Positions 23,768 through 35,593 of a stretch of DNA of 64,000 nt are shown in pieces; the stretch's first letter is position 1, and every line of letters starts with the position of its first letter. A program made the position numbers and the translations under genes. The stretch is taken from contig BAAIJX010000001.1 in NCBI GenBank assembly GCA_054600435.1, positions 682,001 through 746,000 of the forward strand, in the 5' to 3' direction. This DNA is from Neophaeotheca triangularis (lineage: Eukaryota). The notes below the pieces were generated by a model. It ran no database searches and had not been told where the DNA came from. It worked only from the letters and a program-made list of their open reading frames with translations.

Positions 23768-26700
23768 CTTTAAACACCCTCTAGGAAAGAGAGATCATTA
23801 GGTAAGTATGTCCCTATCTAATAACTAAGATGCTAGCGTAGTAAGCACTTAGTATGCTTCGCCCTCGTTACTAGTTAAGGTCATAAAGCTAGATTACTTT
23901 TCTAGAGAACATAATAAGCTTGATAACTAGATTAACTAGATAATGTTATTCTTCATCCTTAAAGGAATTAACAACGATTAGAAATATACTCTAACTACTA
24001 CTTCTTTCCTTTATAGAGAAGCCTAATACTAGATTCGCCCTAAGCTTATAGAAATGCTATTGAATCATAATGACCTAGAAGCGATCTTTACTACTTAGGA
24101 AGGGTTCATCACCATTATTCGAAACGTCTATAGACTTAGCAACGATCGATAAGTCGCTATTCGAATGATTTAACATCTTATATAGAAGACCTTAGCCTCT
24201 TAGTACACTACTAAGTTTTAGGAGTACTTAGCTAAGACTGACTAGGATGATAATGCTCTTATAACTATGTACTACTAAGGACTTAAGGATAACATAAAAG
24301 ACGAACTTATACGCTATAGAGGCAATCAGTCAACTCTCCCTAGAATGATCAAATCAGCGATCGAAGTTAACGATGTACTCTACGAATAGTTTATGGAAAA
24401 ATGCTATACTAGACAATTTTATAGATGAACTAGCTATACTACTAGTAGCTAGCCTATTAGTTAGCAATATTGCGATCCTAACGCGATAGAACTCGACTCT
24501 ACATAATAGCGTCTTAGGAAGGGTAGGGATAGAGGATAGGGTAAACAGAACGCCCTAGACAAGAAACGGAACGGACTAGAATGCTATAACTACTATAAGA
24601 TAGGGCACTATACACGAGACTACTATGGGAAATAGATATGCCTATAATAGGAGGTTAATGCGATTTTGACCTAATAGGATAACGACTCTCCTACTAATAA
24701 GAGCTATAGAGCTTATGACATTACTAGAACATATGAAGAACTAGAGTATGACGAACTTCACTAGAGGTTTTGCGAAAGGGATTATTACTTAGTATACAAA
24801 AGTCAAGGACTAGTAACTAATAGTATATCTACTAAACCTTAGAAGGAAGTGAACATTATCGAACGAGTTACCCTAAAGTCTAGAACGGACGCGCTAATCG
24901 AGTAATACTAGAAGCTTAGGGAGTTTCATAATAACTTAGTTAGTTATAAGGAGTAGACTAAAGAATACTTCAACCTTATGATCTAAGTAGCTAATCAGAT
25001 AGTAGATCTTAATAATAGGATTAAGGCCATAATAGACGAAGAATCTAAGCAATTATATAAGCCTTAGAAGGAACTTAACATAATGTTAAGATACTAACTA
25101 CTATAGTAGTTAAGGGATGATAGTAACGTAGCCTAAGGAAGGTCCCTACCTCTATTTGTATAGGAGGATAATAAACTATAAGAAAACTAAGTACTATTAC
25201 TAATAATAGTACTACTAACACCTGACTTAGACAATAAAGAAATATCTCTAACACTAGAACTTACTATGATCATACTAACACTAGAGATTAGCCCTTTAAG
25301 ACTATCGATACCTCTAGAGATTCTAGAATTGTAAGAAGATACGATAGTGATAGATTCTGAAGACGACTCCGAATATGACTATACTAATGATGACGAACTA
25401 GATGATAATGATGTAGTAGAATTTGTTGTATATAGACTAGGTCTAATCAAGAAAATGGTCATCTATATTATATAGTTATATGAAGAAGTGTTCCTAGTGA
25501 TCTAAGGCAAACGATGCTTAGAACTTAATTAATTCGAAGCTATACTCATGCAATTACGAGTAATGTTCTAGGACTACTAAAAGGTCGCTGTCGAATATAA
25601 TACTACTACCTTTATCTAGGATAGGCTACTAATAGGAAGCACTTTCTATAGAGAAAACAGCTACATTATACTAGATAGGATATAGATCCTATACATAATA
25701 AGACAACAAGTTAAGACAGTCAAGAATCGTTATAGAGAATTCTAGCTTATCTAGGAGTAGTAGAGAGAAGAAGAAATCATGCTATAAGAAATGAAGAAAT
25801 AAGTATAGGATTCCTTAGACTAATAGATAATAGTACTACATAAAAGATTCCTACTACTAGTTAACCGAAAGATGATTCTTAGACACATTAAAGCAACTAC
25901 ATAAGGACCTATTACTATATATGTAATCTAAGGAAAAGTTATGATTAGACCTCAGGATAGACCCCTTTACTAGGAAGTCTCTCTTAAGATAGTAGATTTA
26001 CATACCTACTTCTCAAAAAACGAATAGGACCTGTCGCTAAGAGCGAGCATTAGGAACTAAACAATACAAATGCTTAACATAAAATAGTATTAGGAATGGT
26101 CTTCCGAACAACATGTACTATTAACAGATATGAAACCTTTACTATAATAGATTCTAGAGCTAGTAGAAACTTTATCTTAGAAACATTCATATGTTAGTAT
26201 AGGCTAGCTACCTAGAAGAAAACAGATAGTAGGTATGAACTAATAGCTATAGACATCTCATCACTACCTGATGTGGACAGCGAAACAGTACTACTACTAC
26301 TTGTCTTCTAAAAGCATTATGAGCGAATTGTCCTAGACATTATGCCTATAGCTAGATATGACATCGTTCTAGGCACTCCTTAGTTAGAATAACATAATCC
26401 TATAGTAGATTAGAGAAAACGAGTACTCACATTCGATAGGTATAGTTATGTCACTACAACCTACCCTATATACTAGTAGCATTCGATAGTAGATAAGAGA
26501 AGGTAGATTAATAAGATATATCGCTAATCGACCACGATACTAATATGAATTGGATTAGACTCTATAGGTACCGAACTAGCCTAAATAGACTAATAAGTAA
26601 GAGTTAAGGAAGGAAGTCATGTACCTTTAGATATCCCTAGAGAATTTAGAAAATAGAAGCGCCTTTTCTAGGAAGAGGAGGGAGTAGCCGCTCTACCTAG

Positions 26701-29399
26701 ACATTAACTATAGGACTACCGAATCGACATTTAGCCTAGTACGAAAATACTATAGGGGCCACTTTATGCACTATCTAAAAAAGAGCTCGAAGAGTAATAA
26801 TGATAACTAGATAAAAAAATGAAGAAAGGATGGATTCGACCCTCTCCTTTATTAGCTACTTCACCACTATTTTTCGTTCTAAAGAAAGGAGGAAAATTAC
26901 GAATAATTATCGATTTTAGATGACTTAATGCGATCACCACTAAAAACTGTTATCTACTACCTAACATCGACGAGATAAGAGATTGACTCACTAGTTCATA
27001 CTAGTTTACTAAAATCGATCTCCGAGATGCATTCTATTTAGTTAGAATAGTAAGGGGGGAAGAGTAGAAAACAGCTTTTCGAATGCGCTACAGACTTTAC
27101 GAATTTCAGGTTATGTCTATAGGACTCACAAATGTCCTAGTAACCTATTAACAACTCATTAACGACATCCTATAAGACCTACTCGATATTATTGTTATCG
27201 CTTATATCGACGATATATTAGTCTTTACGAAAGGATCATGAGAATAACACACTAAGGACATATACATAGTATTTGAATGACTCGACAAAGTAGACTTTAG
27301 AATAGTACTAGAGAAATGCGAGTTCTATAAGAAGGAAGTCGACTTTCTAGGTTTTATAATCAGTATTACTAAGATCTAAATAGACCTAAAGAAAACCTAA
27401 TCGATCGAGGAATAGCTAACACCTAAATTAGTTAAGGATATCTAAGTATTCCTTAGATTAGCTAACTATAATCAGAAATTCATGAAGGATTATTTAAGGC
27501 TTACTATACCTCTAACTAACCTTATAAAGAAGGACATACTATTTATATAGGGGAAGATTTAACAACAATCCTTCGATAAGCTTAAGGAGTTATGTATGAC
27601 TACCCCTATACTAAGGATGTTTAACCCTAAGAAACCTATCTAAATCGAAATAGATGTCTCTAATAGAGCGATAGGAGCTTACCTCACGTAGGAGGTTGAA
27701 AGCAAATGACACCCTATCGCTTACTTCTTAAGGAAGATGTTACTAGTAGAATAGAACTACGAGATCTATAACAAAGAACTACTTATAATCATTGTAGTAT
27801 TATGATACTAGAGAGTGTACTATAAAGGAGTAACTAGACTAACTATTTACTTAGATTATAAGAACCTATAATATTTCATAACTACTAAGGAACTATTATA
27901 CCGATAATGTAGATAGTTAGAGCTACTCGGACAATATAAGTTCGATATAGTCTATATTCCTAGAAAGGACAATAGGCGCGCTAATACGCTAAGTAGAAGA
28001 AGCGACTACATAGAAGGATACCTTCTATAGTAACACTATATACTAAAGGTTAATAAGGATAGAAGCCTAAGCGCTAACCCTCAGGAATTTAACTTAGTAC
28101 TATAAGTACTATAGGATAACACTAAGGAATTCCCTATCGAACATAGGAAATTCAGGGTTCTAAACGAAAAGGAACGCTAATATATCTAGGACTACTACGA
28201 TAGACCTACTAATAGACATCTAGGAATCGCTAGAATAGTAGAACACATTAGACATAACTTCATGTTCCCTAGGATGAGATAGAAGGTCTTAGAGTACATC
28301 AAGAAGTGTATAAGCTACTAACAAAACAAAGCTTCGAGACATGCTAAATATAGAAACCTACAATTCTAGGAGCCACTAGATCTACTATAGAACGAGGTCA
28401 TAATGGATTTTATCATTAAGTTACTAAGATCTAAGGACCCGTTAACAAGTAAGGACTATGATTCAATTCTAGTTATAGTTAATAGACTCATGAAGTATTC
28501 ACATTTCGTTCTCTATAATAAGATAATTACTATAGAGGAACTCGGATACCTTATTCTCGACAGATTAGTACAATACTACAGCATTCCTATAGTTCTGATT
28601 ATGGATAGAGACAAGCTCTTCATATCTAACTACTAGAAGACCTTAATTTTAGTAATTAGAGTGAAATATAAGCTATTAACAGCATTTCACCTAGAAACTA
28701 ACAGATAGATAGAACGCTTAAACTAATCCCTCGAAACATACTTATGACATTATGTCAATTATGCTCAGGACAATTAGGTAGCGCTCTTACTAATAGTACA
28801 GCTCATACTTAATAACAATGCCTTAGATATAATAGGTATAACTCTATTCTATACAAATTTCAGAAAGGACCTAAACATGTTTGTAGAACTAAAGCTAGGA
28901 CTACTTATAGAAAGAGCCCTACAAACATCTTCGTAGCTATAAGAAGCATATAAATAGGCGAAAGACAGAATTACATAGTTATAGTAGCGACTCGAGTCAT
29001 AGAGACATAAGGACTCTAAAACGGTACCTTAGCTAAAGAAGGGGGATAAGGTATATCTACTTACAAAAAACCTGAAGATAAGAAGACGAACATAGAAACT
29101 AGACTATGTCAAAGTCAGACCGTTTCTAGTTAAGGAATAAAGAGGAAAAGTCAACTACCTCCTCTAACTCCTAAAAGATGCTAGAGTCTATCTAGTATTC
29201 CATATATCCTTACTCGAACTAGTAGATACTAAAACACCTATCTAAGATACCTTCTATTATGATCTACTAGAGGAAGAAGCTAAATACGAGGTCAAAAAGA
29301 TTCTAGATAAGGATAGTTAGAACTACCTTATGAAATAGAAAGGGTATCCTATAAGCGAAAACACTTAGGAACCTAAGGACAACTTACTTAACTACTAGA

Positions 29400-29984
29400 A
29401 GATCCTATAGTAATATCACTAGGAATTAGACTAAGGTCCCAAAACTCGTTAGGTAGGCTGTCTATCGAAGTCTAAGTAAGAGGATTTAAAGCCAGATTAG
29501 GACCTAGTTAATTAGGAGGAAAGTCAGGATTAAAGAGCTTATTACTACCTTCCTTAAGCTCGAGGAGCTCGATATTACGCTCTTTAACAGCTATAGCCTC
29601 TCCCTCCTTCTCCTATAGACAGTCTATTTGTTTCCGAAGATACATTTCCTTAGACAACGAATGATTTGCTTCCTCTTAAGCCTTAGCTATCTTTTACTAA
29701 GTGATAATAGATGTATACTAAGTCTCTTCTATCGCCTTATGAAGATGCTTATAATCATGACGAAGACGAGCGAACTCGTTCTCTATCACTCTTACATCAT
29801 AAGAAGAAATGTTTCGCTATATATAGGCAGTACACTTTCTAGACTAAATGTATACCTTATACACATGACCTACCTCCTAGTATTATGTACATTTTCGAAC
29901 TATGTCGAGAACTATTCTATGCGAATCCAGGAAATTGAATAACTTATAGCGACGAGTAGTAGAAGATTTCTTTATTTTAGGCAT
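29400..29984 (-). pseudogene. Antisense accessory ORF of copy C: Zn2Cys6-like motif plus coiled coil (3' end approximate)
   Basis: ATG at 29984 (MPKIKKSS...). De-RIPed C-x2-C-x6-C-x8-C-x2-C-x7-C, then ENEFARL...KEMxLRKQ...ERNIELLE. Confidence 0.7.
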
Positions 29985-30072
29985 CGCGTTAATAAAGGAA
30001 GATGCTATTAACTATAGAATGAAAGACAAGTAGAGAATAAGCTCAGGACGAGCTAGACTAGGAGAGGGATAG

Positions 30073-30498
30073 TGTTACGAACACTATACTATGCCTAGTA
30101 TATAACGAGGAATACTTAGTAGAACCCACGGTTATAGGATAGAGCACATTTAGGTCACATAACGAGCTTACCTCTACTTAGTACTTACCTTTAACTAAGT
30201 ACTACTAAGCAATAGAGTAGTGCTTACCTCTACTTAGTACTTACCTTTAACTAAGCACTATAGAGTAATAGATCATAACGATTAGAGACATGAATCTCCT
30301 TTGTATTTAGGTAGCGACATTTCCTAGATAGAGATTTGTGTTCAACTCATGTTATAATCTTACTAAAAGATCTATAGTAACACTTCACATATCTTTGAAA
30401 TCCTTATAATAAAGGAAACACCCTTACTAGCCTTCTACGATATCTCTCCTCTTCTACTATAAGCTCTACCCGTAAGACTACCTTATAGGATCGCAATA
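30073..30498 (+). repeat. 3' LTR of copy C
   Basis: Direct repeat of 23342-23767. Confidence 0.95.
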
Positions 30499-31917
30499 GA
30501 TAATAGGCACGCTAACGCGCTAAGTAGAAGAAGTGACTATATAGAAGGATACCTTCTATAGTAACACTACATACTAAAAGTTAATAAGGATGGTAGCCTA
30601 AGCGCTAACCCTTAGGAATTTAACTTAGTACTATAAGTACTATAGGATAATACTAAGGAATTCCCTATCGAACATAGGAAATTCAGGGTTCTAAATGAAA
30701 AGGAATACTAGTACATCTAGGACTACTATAATAGACCTACTAACGGACATCTAGGAATTGCTAGAATAATAGAACACATTAGATATAACTTCATGTTCCC
30801 TAGGATAAGATAGAAGGTCTTAGAGTACATTAAGAAATATACGAGCTACTAACAAAATAAAGCTTTAAGACATACTAAATATAGAAACCTACAATTCTAG
30901 GAACTACTAGACTTACTATAGAACGAGGTCATAATGGATTTCATCATTAAGCTACTAAGATCTAGAGACCTATCGACAGGTAAGGACTATAATTCGATCT
31001 TAGTTATAGTCAATAGACTTATGAAGTATTCACATTTCATTCCCTATAATGAGATAATTACTATAGAGGAACTCGGATACCTTATCCTCGATAGATTAGT
31101 ATAATACTATAGTATTCTAACAGTTCTGATTACAGATAAAGATAAGCTCTTCACATCTAATTACTAGAAGACCTTAATTTTAGTAATTAGAGTGAAACAT
31201 AAACTATTAACGGCATTTTATCTAGAAACTAATAGACAGATAGAACGCTCGAACTAATCCCTTAAAACATACTTATGATATTATGTTAATTACACTTAGG
31301 ATAATTAGGTAGTACTCTTACTTATAGTATAGCTCGTACTTAATAATAATGCCTTAGAAACGATAGGCATAACTCTATTCTAATAAACTTCAGAAAAGAT
31401 CTAAATATTTTTATAGAACTAAAGCTAGGACTACTTATAGAAAGAGCCTTATAAACATCTTTATAGCTATAGGAAGCACATAAATAGGTGAAAGACAAAA
31501 TCATATAGTTATAGTAGCGACTCGAGTTATAAAGACATAAGGACTCCAAAATAGTACCTTAGCTTAAGAAGGGGGATAAGGTGTACCTACTTACGAAAAA
31601 CCTGAAGATAAGGAGATAAATACGAAAACTAGACTATGTTAAAGTCGGACTGTTTCTAGTTAAAGAATAAAGAGGAAAAGTTAACTACCTCCTCTAACTC
31701 CTAAAAGATACTAGAATCTACCTAGTCTTCTATATATCCTTACTCGAACTAGTAGACCCTAAAACACTAATCTAAGACACCTTTTACTATAATCTACTAG
31801 AGGAAGAAGCTAAGTATAAGGTCGAAAAGATTCTAGATAAGGACGGTTAGAACTACCTCGTGAAATGGAAAGGTTACTATATAAGCGAAAACACTTAGGA
31901 ACCTAAGGATAACTTAC

Positions 31918-32517
31918 TTAACTACTAGAAGGCCCTATAATAATATAATCTAGACTAAAATCCTAAAGCTTAGAAGGAAGATCTAAGCTATTAATAGTAC
32001 TCTAGTCCTATGTTGACATCTCTAGAATACTAATAAAGCCTAGATACTATATAACCTTAACCTTAGTATTAACTAGACTTAAGAGATCTTCCTCTAACTA
32101 ATCTACTTACTCTAAATCCTCTAACTCTCTAGACACTACAGTTTCCATACGACCCTTAGTATAATGAAGCTGTTTCTATAACTGTAACTTTTTCAAGCAA
32201 TACTTATGTAGTTTTTATAAAAGCTCGAGCTCCTCCTCCTTACACTCCTCTAACTACTATTATAGTTTGTTATATAAATCTCTCTATTTTTCCTACTTAG
32301 GATGACTAAGCTTTACATTATACTTAGTATACCCTTTATATATATATTCCGAACACTAACTAGATCGAGCACTAATTATACATCATACTAGTTTAGCTAA
32401 AGGCGATTTCCTCATAGATTAGTAGGCTAAATAGGGTACTATATAGGTTGTTCTAGACTTCTCGATTTTAGCTAAAAGATTAAGATGTTACTATTTATAG
32501 GATAGGGTAGAAGACAT
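31918..32517 (-). pseudogene. Antisense accessory ORF of copy B (same ORF as 8142-8741)
   Basis: Reverse-complement match to the copy A ORF; ATG at 32517. Confidence 0.7.
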
Positions 32518-32601
32518 CGCGAAACTTGATGATAAAATGATGTAGGGAATGACGGAACTTTATTAGGCTTCGAGGACGAAGCTAGGCTGAAAGGGAGATA
32601 G

Positions 32602-33020
32602 TGTTATAGCTAAGCTAAGTAGAACTAGAATCCCTAGTCTAAGCTAGGGTCTAACCCTAAAGCTTACTAGATATATGATCTTAGAACTAGCTAAGACATT
32701 CGCTTAGACTTCAACTAAGTATACTCGCTTAGACTTAGACTAAGTCTAAGCTAGGACACTTAGGATTAGTCTAATCCTAAGTATAATAGATTAGTTAAGG
32801 ACTAATCTAATATGAATCTCCTATATATATAGCTAGCGATATTTCCTAGATAGAGATTTGTGTTTAACTTATGTTATAATCTTACTAAAAGATCTATAGC
32901 GACACTTTATGTATCTTTGAAATCCTTATAATAAAGGAAACACCCTTACTAGCCTTCTTCAATATCTCTCCTCTTCTATTACGAGCTCTACCTATAAGAC
33001 TACCTTATAGGATCGTAATA
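32602..33020 (+). repeat. 3' LTR of copy B
   Basis: Direct repeat of 18718-19136, followed by TSD AATAG. Confidence 0.95.
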
Positions 33021-34149
33021 AATAGGTAGAGGACTATATGTGAAGTATAAGGCCTAATAGGTAAACCGATAGGCACTCATCTACGTAAGGCAATCATAGT
33101 GTTCATATGTGAACAAAGGACGCCTACTTATATAGATGTCGCTAGAATGATGAGCGAACTAGTAACTAGACTAGGATATGAATTAGTGACCGGTTCGGTA
33201 AATGATTCATATCCTAATCTAGTTAATGATTCGAGTACTGATCCGGTTAACGATTCGAGCACTAATCTAGTCCACGATCTAGTCTATGATCCGGTCTATG
33301 ATCTAGTCTACGATCTAGTCCATGATCCGGTCCATGATCTAGCGAACGATCTAGTAAACGATCTAGTGAATATATATAAGTAGGAAGCAGATCTAGATCG
33401 TCTCGTCGTAGTAGACTAATAGGTACTAGATCTCTAGGTGAAATTTCATGCTTCCCTATAGTGTTAGAAAAGAAGTAGTAGTAACCTAATAAACCCTAAT
33501 GTAGAGGAACTAGATATTATACGCTATAATCCTAACTAGTAAGGGACGATTAGGAATACAAGGTACGACTAGTTGTGGGTATAAGAGTATGCTACTAATA
33601 TATTAGAACGAGTAGAAGACGACATTGCGTTTAATAGTAGACTACTAGCGTAGCTATACCTAGTACTATTAGTTAAAGACGTTCCGACAACATAACGAGA
33701 GTAGTAACCATTCGATAGTAGTATAAAAGACTATCCTGTATATATAGGTACTTTCGTTAATCTATACTAACTAAAGGATCTAAGAGGTCTCGCTAATAAT
33801 ACCTATAGCATAATGTTAATTATACTAGTACTAAGTTCCCTATAGGCTAGTAAACTAAGAGGCTATTAGATATACGGGCTAACTAATGTATACTATAGTA
33901 TACATGTAGTACTAGTTAATGAGAACAAGGTTAGGGGTAGGGACATGTACATTAACAATATAGCTGACTTCGAGACATACAACATACTATAGAATGCTAA
34001 CTAGGAAGTGAAGGAGGCACGGGATACCTATGATATAAAAGAGCGAAGATTGAGGCGGTCTAGACCCGGCGAGATAGAGATATAAAAGGGGAATAGTAGG
34101 ACATGTCTAGCGAAGCGGAAAAGAACAGGCTAAGAGGGTATATTGGCGT

Positions 34150-35050
34150 TAGGGATAGTATTAGTACTAGGGGGTATTAGGTATAACACTATCCTCGTAA
34201 TTTAAAAAGACCTATATAACCTCTATAGTAACTACATAGTTAGGGTCTCTCTAACTATAACGGTTAGCTAAAGGGTAGATGTTCTTAGACTAGTAAGAGC
34301 TGTTCTTGAAATCTAGCTACTTATAGAGGCCTAAGTATTATATAGAAGATACTAACATAATTGCATTATGAGCGACCTCCTAGTAAGCCTTCCTAGTATA
34401 CTTTACATACTCCTCTACTATAAGAAGGGTGTCATAAATCATCTCCGATATCTCTAGTACATTATCGTCGAACTTATATGTCTAGGTGAATACGATAGTA
34501 GTATTATAGGTCGTGACCTAGGTAAGGGAATATTTCGGCTTTATAATAGGCGATATGTTCTTTAGCTACTACTAAGATAATGTAAAAGCCTCGTCATCAT
34601 AGTAGGAGTATATAGCATGCCTAGTTATAGGTACCGTAACTAGGGGCTCTACTATTATTAGATCGGGCGTCTATTCTAGTAGCTATAGCCTTTTATATAG
34701 TTATATATATAGAACTACCTCTTATAGCTCTTCCTTAAATAACTCTTATGGCATAGTGCGATGCCACTATATAGTAGGCCTTCTCTCTTCTTCTACGAAG
34801 CGCTAGTAATCCCTTTAGAGAGCTACTTTAGCTAGGTCTTATTACATAAACCGACTATATTATATCTCTATGTCGAAGGTTAGTAGATCATAAGATGAAC
34901 CTATCGAAGAGCGATAGGGCCCTTAGGGGACGAGGTATATGTTAGCTTTAGCATATAAAGGTAGTAGTAAGTATATTAATAGCTATAGTAAGGACTTATC
35001 GCTAATTAGGCACTAGTCTATATAGCCTATAGGTAAAGGTAGACCTTACT
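34150..35050 (-). pseudogene. Accessory gene W of the Plavaka element, convergent with the transposase, unknown function (boundaries approximate)
   Basis: Long de-RIPable minus-strand frame (LTFDIEIQYGRF...IVFTWTxKFDDDVLEISEMIYDTLL...WLDFKNS). Confidence 0.45.
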
Positions 35051-35593
35051 ACTTTACTCGATCCTTTAAGTATTAGAAGTGTATAGGTTAAATAGTGTTT
35101 GTTTATAAGGTTATAAGTAGTAGGACCGAACTACAAATAGTAGAGCGTGATGCTATATAAGTATACTAAGGCTACCTACTATTTCCTAATAGAGAACAAT
35201 TACTACTTAAAAGCCCTAACTAGTACCTGAATCATAAACCGAATCATGACCCGAATCATAAACCGAATCATGACCCGAATTGTGACCTGAATCGTAACCT
35301 AGATTGTAGACTATACTATGGCCTAGTATAGTATTGGGTTCGGACTCTAACTAGAGAGGAGCTATAGTAGGCTATAGGATAGGTAGTAACTATATATAAC
35401 GAGCAAAACCCTAAGATATGACAAGTAGGAAGCGAAGCGATGTACTCATATTTTATGAGACTCGAATAGAAGTAGTAGGACGTATATGAACGTAGCAGGA
35501 TATAAAGCCCCTCGATAAGACGTAGCTATTACTATCCTAATGTAGCTAACGTACTAGATGTAGGGGACGCGGATAAAGGGTTTTCTAGACATT

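Larger units (their letters stand above)
23342..30498 (+). mobile_element. Ty3/Gypsy chromovirus copy C (7157 bp; distinct LTR subfamily), inserted at the end of the RNase H region of copy B
   Basis: 426-bp LTRs at 23342-23767 and 30073-30498. Perfect TSD GATAA (23337-23341, 30499-30503). gag ATG at 23808, intact YIDD at 27203, integrase MDFIIKL at 28403, chromodomain ~29280-29390. PPT GGAGAGGGATAG. Confidence 0.96.
18718..33020 (+). mobile_element. Ty3/Gypsy chromovirus copy B (~7141 bp native; same subfamily as A), interrupted by copy C
   Basis: 419-bp LTRs at 18718-19136 and 32602-33020. Perfect 5-bp TSD AATAG (18713-18717, 33021-33025). gag ATG at 19177, CCHC knuckle ~19950, RT YID(D) ~22573, RNase H, integrase, chromodomain YLVKWKGY ~31853. 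PPT before 32602. Confidence 0.96.
15853..34133 (+). pseudogene. Plavaka-family transposase, RIP-mutated, split by retroelements B/C (15853-18717 + 33026-34133)
   Basis: De-RIPed N-terminal C2HC finger CSSCxKSNFKRREGLKQHVQGC. Core motifs: SDKTQVTNHLGDLA..VYLTIGNLD (~17297-17375), DYKEQ (~17600), VDILHQLLKG (~17845), HFNFPKWHVMVHY..IIR.YG...SHFEHKHINFIK (18364-18483). C-terminal HDWLWV and MYINNIADFETYN. Confidence 0.85.
1115..35591 (+). mobile_element. Large Plavaka-type (CMC/CACTA-related) DNA transposon, ~13 kb after removing nested LTR elements, RIP-inactivated
   Basis: Termini CGTCTAGAAAACCCT (1115-1129) and AGGGTTTTCTAGACA (35577-35591). TT on both sides (1113-1114, 35592-35593). Removing the element and one TT restores the MULE frame (Q-P-L-L-N-F). 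Contains a Plavaka-like transposase. Confidence 0.85.

Noticed and set aside
29628..29942. 104-aa plus-strand ORF as an env-like gene
   Set aside because: It is the shadow of the antisense zinc-cluster ORF; its hydrophobic composition is a by-product of RIP AT-enrichment.
23342..30498. Naming the retroelements as a specific described element (e.g. CfT-1) or assigning the host species
   Set aside because: The architecture is compatible, but identity needs a database alignment that I cannot run.
33099..33383. 94-aa ORF with DLVH/DPVY repeats as a stand-alone gene or CRISPR-like array
   Set aside because: It is a stop-free remnant inside the Plavaka transposase region; 12-bp tandem units with no unique spacers.
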